Positions 24,074 through 35,365 of a stretch of 64,000 nucleotides of DNA are shown piece by piece. Origin of the DNA: Octopus sinensis (lineage: Eukaryota); the NCBI RefSeq assembly GCF_006345805.1, contig NC_043014.1, positions 53,134,001 through 53,198,000 on the forward strand, written 5' to 3'. The position numbers were made by a program, and so were the translations under genes. How positions within the stretch are numbered: position 1 is the first letter of the stretch; each line of letters starts with the position of its first letter. Under the pieces are notes generated by a model that saw only the letters and a program-made list of their open reading frames with translations, did not search any database and was not told where the DNA came from.

Positions 24074-25442
24074 CACGCACACGCGCGCGCATTGACGAAC
24101 ATTCGCTTGATTTCCAACACATAAAGCGCGTGTTGAATTAAAGAGGGAGACCTGATTAAATGGTTTAAAGACATTTCTTGCGACGTGGTTGTTGATGAAG
24201 ATAAATGTGACCTTAAAGAATGTGAGTATTCGCAGGGGTGGTTATACGTGTGATTGTGTCTTAATTAACTTATTGAATAATTAATAGTAATAATAAGTTG
24301 AGAAGCAAGAACTCTCCTCAACAATGTGTTGGCCTCACATTGTTGTCTCTCTTGTCAATGTTTATTAATAACGCTAAACGTTTAGAGATACATAATTCAC
24401 GATTTGTATTTTCTGTTGTGTGTTTGAATTAAGAAATAGTGAAATGACCAAATAATTAGAGTTATGAGATCTCTTATTAACGTAGACTAAGTCCTTCGTC
24501 TATAACAAGAATAATCTCTGTTCAGAGCTGAACTCCTGGTTAATCTCTCCAAAGAGTCCTGGAATGTTACCCAAGACCATTTGATGCGAAAATTAGACTT
24601 TTATTTTTGTCTGTTAACGTTTACCGAAACTATAATTAAAAATGATTGGCTGGAAAAATGTCAGTAGGCATTATAATAGAGTTCAGAGATATAACTAAAA
24701 AACCGCCTGACTGGCACGTAAAAGCACCCACTACACTCTCGGACTGGTTGGTGTTAGGAAGGGCATCCAACACGTCAGCCTGTAACAGCTGAAATCCTTC
24801 CAATTACTCAATGGAAAGATTCTGTTTTTCAAATGATTTGGTCTATTGAACCACCCTCACTCCATCTGATGGCAACATGAAAAACTACAGTCATGACAAC
24901 CAATAACTTTAAAGAAGGATGTAAATGGTACATGCCCTCCTTCAGATTTATGGACAGGAAAATTTCTTCCCTTCTGTACCACTTCAACTGAAGGCTCTGG
25001 GACTATCAAAAAGCATACACGTGACATGGTACATCGTTGATAGGGCCCCTCTATGCTCACCTTCAGCTTATAATTGCCAAATCTGCTTATATGGGAAACT
25101 GCCATTATCCAGCAGGTGGCAGTGTCCATCAATAGGGAAAATGACCAGAGGTATGTCCTGTTAATGAACTAATGAAAGAAGCTAGCATTTTCAAGCAAAG
25201 AAGGAGCCTGGCTAACATGAACATTACAGATACAATCTGTAAGGGGAACAGCAAAAATATGTAAGACTTTCTTAAAATCTGATTTGTAAGAATTATTCTT
25301 GTTGTTATGCAAACTCTAATAATAAAGGAAAGGGGAAAAAAGCATATAATTACATAATTACATACAAATATGTGAGTATATATATATATATACATACATA
25401 CATACATATATATGTAGATACACACACACACACACACACCAC

Positions 25443-25473
<31 letters not shown>

Positions 25474-26423
25474 CTATATATATATATATATATATTATAT
25501 ATAGATATATAGCTAGATAGATAGCTAGATAGATAGATAGCTAGATAGATAGATAGCTATACTTATATGTTTATGCATATGAAAAAGATTTAATCTCCAA
25601 CAACAGGGTATAAAATGTCAAATGAAAACAACTAAATTTAGAAAAAGGAACAAAATGAATAGCGAAAAACAAAGCAAACAAAAGGGAAAGAATGAGTTCC
25701 CAGTGTTGTTGTTGCTGTTGATGGTGATGGTGGTGGTGGTGGTGAGGGGGAAGAAAGGAGGGGGGCGGATGTTGGAAGTAGTAAAGACTAGAAATAGTAA
25801 TAACAAATAGGCTGAGAGAACAGCCAGGGGGACTTATCTGTCTGTGTGTCTGTGTGTAGCTATTTATATGCAGAATACACATGTATCTATAAAGTGTGCT
25901 TCTGCATGTATGTCTGTGTACGTGTGTATATATCAACATCTACACACACACACACACGCACGCACACACATACACATTCGTGTGTGCGTGCAAATATATT
26001 CTGGGGTGGGGGAAGTTTTTATGATATCTTCCCATCAGACTAAGAACTGCACAAGAGCCAGACAGACACACAGACACACAGACAGACAGACAGACACGTA
26101 GTTTTGTTTTCAATGACAAAGGTAAACAACTATTCTAAGCTCAGTTGTCATGGAAATATACATATATATATATATATATAAATATACATACATTTATATG
26201 TATGTGACTGTGTGTATGTATGTGTGTGAATGTGTGTGTGTGTGTTTGCTTGTGTGTGTGTGTGTGCATATATACATGCATAGATACAAACATACATATG
26301 CATTGAAATATATATATGCACAAACATGTCTATATATACGTATTCATGTATATATACATACATATATACATGCATATGCATAGATATGTATATGTGGATG
26401 GTTACATATCTGTATGTATGCAC

Positions 26424-26456
<33 letters not shown>

Positions 26457-26468
26457 ATATATATATAT

Positions 26469-26555
<87 letters not shown>

Positions 26556-26559
<4 letters not shown>

Positions 26560-26821
26560 GTTGTATACTGTCAACTTAACGTGACAGTCCCGTAAAGGGA
26601 ATACACCACCGCTGTTTAGCCCTAGGAAGCATCGAACGCTTCCTGTCGGCTTTGACACATTTTCTGTGTCCTTATATTTCTGTGCCTTCCCTTCACAAAT
26701 ATAAGGACATAGGAATTGTGTCAAAGCCGACAAGAAGCGTTCGATGCTTCCTAGGGCTAAACAGCGGTGGTGTAATTCCCTTTACGGGACTGTCACGTTA
26801 AGTTGACAGTATACAACCACT
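26556..26821. mobile_element. Foldback element / MITE (266 bp, ~124-bp inverted arms, 17-bp spacer)
   Basis: Left arm 26556-26679 and right arm 26697-26821 are reverse complements with about five differences. A (TA)n run flanks the left side. Confidence 0.9.
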
Positions 26822-26874
26822 CTATCGCTCCACCACTGCTCAGGTCTCTTTGAGACATTTAGAAATTTAATATT

Positions 26875-26940
<66 letters not shown>

Positions 26941-27099
26941 AAATAAGCACATATCAGATTGGAGCCTGGTGCCACCTCTCAGCTTGCCAGTTCTCAGTTA
27001 AATCGTCCAACCCATGCCAGCATGGAAAGCGGACATTAAATGACAATGATGATAAGGATGACATAGAGATTGTGTCAATACAAATATATGTATGTATGT

Positions 27100-27390
27100 A
27101 TATATGTATGTATGCATGTACGTATGTATGTATGTATGTTTGTATGTATGTGCAGATTTGTATGTTTTATCTATGTACTCTCATGCATATAGTTGCATAT
27201 CTAGACATACTCATATATATTTAAATGATAAACTTCTGGAAAGTTTTACAGATTTTTACAGTTCCAGTGATGGATTGGATCAGTAGTCTTTCAATTAGCC
27301 TTCTCCTTTCCGGTTTTGAGAAGTCTAATTTCTCAAGATTGGTATTTAGGCCGTGTATTACATATCCCAGGGCCCCAATAATTACCACTT
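27100..27390 (-). mobile_element. R4/Dong-like (restriction-like-endonuclease) non-LTR retrotransposon 3' end
   Basis: VVIIGALGYVIHGLNTNLEKLDFSKPERRRLIERLLIQSITGTVKICKTFQKFII* (stop at 27221). The IIGALG motif matches the RLE C-terminus, and the UTR runs into (CATA)n. Confidence 0.75.
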
Positions 27391-28007
27391 ACTTTCACTG
27401 CAGCTAGAACAGTCTATGTCCTTTCTGTGGAGACCTTCATTCACAGTCCATTATACAGCCAGAAATACTGATGGGAGTACACCCACGAAAATCACAGGTA
27501 TGTAAAAACTGGCGGAGGAGGAGAGAGAAAGTAGAACATGAGAGAGGGGGAGGGAGTAAGATTATGGAGAAAAAGGGGTGGGTGGGTTATGAAATGACAA
27601 GAGAGTGGAATGAGGAGATGAGGTGAAAGAGATAAAGAAGATAGGGGGGAGTGGGGAGAGAGAGAGAGAGAAAGAGAGAGAATATAAGCAATGAGGTGGG
27701 ACACAGGTGTTGTCTGAGGCTGAGACGAGTGTCATAGTGCTACTGAATAGTTTTGTTGTCAAGGGAGCAAACCCTGGAAGGCTTCATGGAAATTGGTGGG
27801 GAGTTGGGAGGTGAGGGTGCCACCAGGGTTTCAAATGCAGGTTCATTTACTGTTTTGCTCCCTCTTGTTCATATCTAAATCTTAGCATATGCCTACATTT
27901 GGTTGCTTAGCAACGATAATTTCTCAATAAAACATATGCAAGAAAAAAATAATAACATAAAACAATTATAACCACTTTGCTTATAAATAAATAAATAAAT
28001 TAATTAA

Positions 28008-28340
28008 ACATGAGCAGTCAGAGGTGCAAACCTCCGCCAAGGCAACACCAATGTCCTCCCAACGATTAGCCGGAGATGATTTTTAAAATGTGAATATCGG
28101 AAATAAATTCAGCTGCTCTCACAAATAAGAATGCTAAAAATGAACCCAACTGCTCTCCAGAATCCTTGTCCAGTACCGGATCGATCTCAAAATCTGATCA
28201 GTTTGTGCCAGTCACAAGGCCAGATATCCCTGAAAGTTTCATCAGAATCCATCCAGCAGTTCTTGAGATATCTTGTCTAAGGGACAAACAAACACAAGTG
28301 AAAACAATACCTCTACCTTCGCTAAGGCGGAAATAACAAA
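28008..28340 (-). mobile_element. Short non-autonomous element with subterminal inverted repeats (Helentron/HINE-like)
   Basis: CCTCCGCCAAGG at 28031-28042 and CCTTCGCTAAGGCGGA near 28316-28331 (TCCGCC/GGCGGA inversion plus a hairpin). Classification is from recalled architecture only. Confidence 0.45.
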
Positions 28341-30813
28341 GAAAACAAACAGTCAAATCAAACATCTTGGTTCCATCCAGTGTTTTCTCTGCTCACTGAA
28401 ATACCTTGCAATGGTGCACTGTCGGTTTGCTTAACAACATCATAGACATGCAGTCATCCAGTTCCGGTCTTCGGTGAAAGAGTGTCTGCCTAAAGGATAA
28501 TATTTCTTTGAGAACAAGTGGCCATTGGTGACAAGGGCATCGACCATAGAAAATCCACCCCAACAAATTCCATCTGACCCATGCAACCATGGAAAAGTGG
28601 AAGTTAAAATGATGATACATACATTCACACACTCATACATGTATCATGATGATAGCTAACTACTCATGACCAAGGAAGGCCATCACTGACCATTGTCCAT
28701 ACAAAATACCAGCAATGCCTGTGCATGAGGTTATTGCACTTGCAGTCGGCTTCACACCCATGGCTCCCATGGCTCACTGCGACACCCACCGACTCAACTG
28801 AGCGTCCAAAAGTTGCCTTGCTGGTGATTGAACAACCTAAAATTTTAGGTCTGATAAGGCTTGCACCTCACAGACTCCTCTCCACCCCACTGACAGGACT
28901 GAGAGAGTCAAGCCAGGACAAGATATCCAGGGCCAATAGGGGTCACAAGCTCAGGAATGTGGGATTGCAAGTGCAACCAAAAGATCCCCCAAAATGTCCA
29001 ATGCCATTCCCTGCATTTCTGGTTTTATATCAGAGTGACCTTCACCTAGAAACATGCTTTAACAAAAGCTGAGGGGTGCCTCACCCCCAGGCATCTTGCA
29101 GCATGCCAAGCACCAACCCAGAATTTCTGAGGGCCTGTGTTATTGTTCGATAGTCATGGAGCCTGCACTAGGTTCATCTGCCCCTTTGACAGGTCTTGCT
29201 TTTAGTCATGTTAGGTTTCTAGCAACCCTCCTCACCAGGCAAGCCTAGTGTGGGTGCTGGTATAGTTGCCAACAACCGAACCATGCAAAAGGTTCTACTG
29301 AATTCCATGTTACCATTAACACTCATTAGAGACCTCACTAGTCACCTGACATATACATACAAACATATATGTGTGCATGTATGTGTGTGTGTGTGTGTGT
29401 GCATGTATGTGTGTGTGTGTGTGCATGTCTATGTATGTATGTATGTATGTATATATAATATACACAAACAACCCACCATACACACAGTAGTTGTTGTTTA
29501 ACACCCCCATCACTGCATACACCTCAAGTGAACCTTGAGTGAGGTGATCTGTAATCAAAAACATTCCTTCTGTGACCATCCCATTTGGCCCTTCAGGGTA
29601 GTATTCATTTCTGAGGGATATTCTGCTCCTATTTTTAGCAAGTGGGGTAACCACAAGACCATAATGAATCTTTTTGAGAGAAAAACAACCTAAAATAATA
29701 TCAATCACCAATAATTGACTAATATATTTTATTTTATTGATCCTGCAACGATAAAATTCAATGTCAACTCTTCTGATCTTTCAAGTACCAATAGATGGCA
29801 CTGCTGCTGAGTTTTGTTGCCATGGAAATGTTTTCTGATGGCTTTTTTACGACCTTTTCATTAAAGATAAAAGAAATATTTTGGTTTGGTGTTGTATATT
29901 GAAGAATATTTCATATTTTTAATAAGTTGACCAATAAAATGAGCAACTTTCTTGTTGACTCAGAATGTCTGAGCCATTATTGTTGGTTGACCCCAGGGAA
30001 TAATAAAACCACATTTGTATGGTATTAGCAAAACCGCATATTTACGGTGCTTGTGCATGTGCACACACACACATCATCATCATCATCATCATCACATACT
30101 GAGGAAGAGATGATGCAAAGAACATGTCGGTTCTGGAGGTAAAAATACATTTTAATGCCTCTGAAATATTTCTAGTGAGGCATTAAATGTGATTGATGAT
30201 TAGAGTTTATCAGGGTTGGGGAGTTCCCAGGTACAGGGGAACTAATGACCTCTAAATGATTGCAACAGAGTGGAGTCTGCTAAAGGTAACTCCTCGGTTA
30301 TGTGTGGGGGGGAAGAGAGTATTAAAACAGGTAACCTTATGCCTACCACTCGAAGAAATGGAATGGTCCTTCCAACACAGTTTCTGTTTGGTAAATCTTG
30401 TTCCCAAGACTTTAATAAATCTAAAGTTTTATTAGACGACATTTGTTGAAGCTGGTACCCAGGGAGATTGAACCTTGAATCATGATGTTATGAAGCGAAC
30501 CCCTTAGCTACAAACACACACCTGGGCCTTAAACATGCTCTAGTAGAATAATATTTGCAATTAAAAATGCTCAAACATTTTTGGTAAGTCTTTGAATTGG
30601 CAACAGAACCACTGGTTTGGAGACTTTTTGGTGCCTGTTGCTGTCCTTTAGACCAAAGTTGGCCCTGGTCAAGCACAGTAATGGTTCATGGCACTCTGGC
30701 CATTATCTTGTCATCTTTCTTTGTACATTGATTGCTTTCTGCCTATTTTTACCATTTGAGGGAGACATGGTCACTATTTCTAACAATTTAATCAGTGCTT
30801 TGACTTGTCAAAG

Positions 30814-30893
30814 GCAGCATTAATCTCCTTTAATCATGTGCAGCATTAATCTCCTTTAATCATGTGCAGCATTAATCTTCTTTAATCATGTGC
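30814..30893. repeat. 26-bp tandem repeat x3 (GCAGCATTAATCTCCTTTAATCATGT)
   Basis: Units start at 30814, 30840 and 30866. Confidence 0.95.
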
Positions 30894-32053
30894 TATAAAC
30901 AAACTGCATTGTAGAATTGTTTAACCTCGGGTCATCTCTGATCCAGTAGGCCTATGATCAAAGGTGTTCCAGCCAAGGCCACCACCTTCAATATTCAAAC
31001 ATACTATTATTATATCGAGGTTTAAATTATTCAATATGTAATGTGTTCTGATGGAGGAGTGTCATGTCAATCAAGTTTAATAAATGCATGAAGTCTTTCT
31101 TCTCTCATTGTCAGAGATCTGACAAAATTTTAACAAGACACAAACAAACACTGAACAGCTTGCCATGTTAGCGTGATTGCCAAACTGTCCAACAACAATT
31201 CTGAAAATGTTTTCAGCATATTCAATACGCCGTAAACAATAAATACTGCTTTTACATATTCGTGTCCAATGGAAGGAAATGATTATTTCATACAGTAATT
31301 AGTTAAATCAGCCAAGGCAGGCTTCAAGCATAGAATTGGAAAGCTACAGCCACGACTTCATCAATAATACACTGGTCTCTGGACCACGGTTAAACTGTTA
31401 TTGACCATAAATCTATTGTGTTGACCTTCGATCACTACTAATGCCTTGTTAAAATACAAAATTAAAAAAAAAAGAAATTCTAGCTGTGACCATTGTGTTG
31501 ATGCCAAACATTGTGTCCCAGTAATTTTTGACTTGGAACAGAGAGGAATTGTCATTTTTACTGGAAAATATTTGTTTTCTACAGAGAAATGGCTTTCAAC
31601 AAAAGTTGGAAAAAAAGTAAGTTTGAGAAAGCGATAAGAGACATTCCATGCAGTCATTAAACTTGCTAGAAATAACAGCCAGATCTCCAGCATATCCTTA
31701 CAATTCCAGTTTGGCCTGCTAGCATGTGTCATGCTTTTATGAATTGTTTAAGATACTTGTGTAGTCATGAGTAGACAGATGGAAGAAAATAAGGATCAGT
31801 CCTTCTCCCTTAACTTCCCTTCTCTTCTTTTCTGTTTCGCAAGTTTACATGGCCAACCCACTTGTACCACTGACACGGAAAAGCCATCCAGTCCACTCTA
31901 TAAAGTGGTTGACATTAGGAAGGCCATCCAACTGTGGAAACCACTGGAGCTGGACACAGCCCTGCAGTTTTCCAGGACCCTGTTGCTATATACATCAGGG
32001 AAGCAATACACACACACACACACACACATTTATTTCAATATATATGGGCATGT

Positions 32054-32089
<36 letters not shown>

Positions 32090-32318
32090 TATGATCACCA
32101 TGACCGACCAGGCTATCAGATGTTGCTACACATCGCTGGTCACAATGTGCTTTGCATTGTTTTAGCCTTCAAATGACACCACCCCGCTGGCCAAGCAAGC
32201 AGGCCAACAGAAGAAAGAGTGAGAGAAAGTTTTGCCAAAAGAGGAGCCGGTCTGGGAATTGAAACTGCAATACTACAACCGCAAGTCTGCTGCCCTAACC
32301 ATTGGGCCATTGCGCTTC

Positions 32319-32349
<31 letters not shown>

Positions 32350-33173
32350 GATGGGCTTTGCACAATTTCTGGCTTATTGATCATCTGAAGTCTACGAGAG
32401 GAAATACTTGCTGAAGGTGCTGCACGAAAGGATTGAATTCAGAACCAGAAAATTGCAAAGTAAACTCAGCAACTGCCCAGCCATTGTTGTACAGCAGAGA
32501 ATTCACTGACAGAAGCCACACTTGATCAACATGGAGAGAAGGCTTAGACATTTATTTTACGTATCAACAGAGTTTGTGTGTCTTGTGTCTATCAAAGTGG
32601 TTATCAGAAAGAGAAATTGCTGTTAGACTGAAAGATAGATATGTAAGGGAAATGTGTGTGTGTGTGTGTGTATAGATAGATAGATAGAGGGAGAGAGAGG
32701 GGGAGAAAGAAAGAGAGATGAGAGAGAGAGAGAGAGAGAGAGAGATTACTATCAATCTGTCTGACAGATAAACAAAATTGATAGGAAAAAAAATGTTGGA
32801 AAAACAGTAATAAAATATTTGAGAGATTGACAGGAAGACAGATGTAAGAAGATGGCGGCGGGAGGCGGAGGAGGGGGAGTCAGAAGAGGAATGGAGGAAA
32901 TGATTGATTTGTTTTGCTTTGTTTTATTGGGCAGAAAAGCAATTTTCGTTGGAGAGAAGTCCACTTGATGGAATTTAATGCAGTTTATTACTGGTACATC
33001 ATGTTTTATTTGTTTATTGATCTAATAAAGATGAAAGCCAGTTTATTAAGAGATTTGAACTGAGAATAAGTCAAAGCAAGACATTCAGACCAGAATCTTA
33101 TTTATACATGGCAAACAGGTGGAGAGAAATTGACAGACAGACAGGAACACAGGTAGAGACAGGTGAGTGTATA

Positions 33174-33204
<31 letters not shown>

Positions 33205-33212
<8 letters not shown>

Positions 33213-33345
33213 TGGGGCAGACATAGTTGTATGGTGATGAAGTTCATTTCACAACCATGTGGTTTTCGGTTCAGTCCCACTGCACAGCACTTTGTCTTAT
33301 AACACAACCCTGGTCTGGCCAATGCCTTGTGAGTAATAGGCAAAT
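33205..33345 (+). mobile_element. SINE family A, diverged
   Basis: CAACCATGTGGTTTTCGGTTCAGTCCCACTGCACAGCACTTTG..CTGGTCTGGCCAATGCCTTGTGAG. Confidence 0.7.
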
Positions 33346-33359
33346 TGCGAAAGGCATGT

Positions 33360-33398
<39 letters not shown>

Positions 33399-33910
33399 AA
33401 ATATTAGGGAATAAATCCAAACTTACAGGGAAAAATCAGATTTAGGATTAAATCCAATTTTATAGTAAAATATATTATATTATATTATATTAAATTAGAG
33501 ATAAAACCACTATTAGGCAAATCAAACAATGAAAAACGTAAGCCAATACATAAAATTAATTAATTTATATTATTTTAAATATATATCAAATTTATTAAAA
33601 GTTTAATAAAAGATAAAGAGTAAAACACTACGATCGTTTCACGGCTGTCCAATTCGTAATAATTCGAGTTATGGTTACAGTCACTCTTCAGGTTAATTGA
33701 AATATTTATCTTAGCAAGGTTTAGCAATGAACTTATATATATATATATGTATATATGTATATATATATATATGTATATATGTATATATGTGTGTGTGTGT
33801 GTGTGTGTTTAGCCTTATACAATGCTGTTTAAGTTGTTGATGGGAAACGGATCTGATAAAATCAGTAAAGAGTGCTGGGGTTTGATTCTGCAGGTTTAAG
33901 GGCTGACAGT

Positions 33911-33970
33911 TCATATTCTAGCCCCACCACTGTACCGGGGTCATATTCTAGCCCCACCACTGTACCGGGG
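33911..33970. repeat. 30-bp perfect tandem duplication
   Basis: TCATATTCTAGCCCCACCACTGTACCGGGG x2. Confidence 0.95.
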
Positions 33971-33977
33971 TCTATGT

Positions 33978-34330
33978 TTAACCCTTCAGCAGTCAAACTG
34001 ACCTTATCAGGCCCCAAATATTCTACTTCTTTTAAGTTTAAAATGGCTAGATCCAGCCTTTCACACACACCCTACAATGTCATTCTCAAAATAAACAGTT
34101 GCATTTTTCAAAATCTCAAACGTGTGACATAAATGCAAAATTGATTCAAAACAATGGGAATAAACAACCATCGTCTTTGACAGGAATTGAACTCTTCAAA
34201 GGCAGACACCTTCCATTTCCGAACGTAATGTCTTTCATAGTTTTTTATTCATCATATTTAGGTGATTTGTAGCTTTAAAATATAATTACCATGGTTACCA
34301 AAGATTACAGTACAAATTTGGAAAGGAGTA
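33978..34330 (+). mobile_element. Possible piggyBac-type non-autonomous element, one end only
   Basis: TTAA|CCCTT start at 33978-33986, which is the piggyBac TSD/TIR signature. No matching right TIR was found. Confidence 0.35.
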
Positions 34331-34810
34331 ATTCTAGAATGAAAAGCCAATTGATCGTTCACTTGTTCTCAGTGATTGCAATGGTTAATTAGTTTTGTTC
34401 AAAAGCAAATAACAAAAACCATTCCAGACATTATTTTTGGTCATTTGATGATGGCAGCAGTTGGTAAAAAGTAAAAATAATAAAAAAATTATTTCTCTCA
34501 CGTTTTCTTTTGAACATTAATTTGTGATTGCCATAAATGGGTCGGTGCTTTCCTGAAACTTTTGTTTTTTTTTACAACTGGATGCCCTCCATACTACAAA
34601 CCACTCAACTGTGAAGCTGGAGTGAAGCAAGTAAACCAGGGAATGGTGTGGTATCTAATTCTTCAGAAGTAAAAGAGTAGAAGAAAATATGTAGTGTATA
34701 TTTATAATTAAATTAGGCAACGGTTTAATAAATGAGTCACCAAAAAGGAAAACTATAATTGTCTTTAGATATGACAGAAGGTGTTAGAACACCTACAATG
34801 CGAGGTGTTC

Positions 34811-34857
<47 letters not shown>

Positions 34858-35365
34858 TATATATATATGTTGACTTTCGGTGCAACATTTTATGATTGCT
34901 AGTCCTTGTAATGTTACACCCCCCACTTCTGTTCCCACTGGTACCCCCCACACTGTTCAATATTTGGTGCCAGACTTTCTCTCTTTTCTATTTCTCTGTC
35001 CTTCTCCTCTCCCCTCTTCTGCTCAAAACCTTCCCCATCTATTCTTATCTGCTGCTTTTCTCTCTTTACTACTTTCCATGTCTTCTGCTCTCCATCTCTC
35101 CCAACTACCTACTCTCTATCTTTGTTCCCTTTTTTCTCAGAACTCCCTCATTCTTCCTACTTGCTCTTCCCTAACCTTCTCTACTCTGCCCTGTCTCTCT
35201 TTCTTTGCTTTTTGGTACCAAAAGACCATCCAATTTTTTATCACTCACCTTCTTTCTACTTGACCAGTGCACAGGTAAGACAGGTATTTCGATTTATCTC
35301 CTGCCTAGCACTCACTTCAGACACTCCCAGTTTTCCTTTCACTTTTCATTCTTTTCTTTCCTTTT

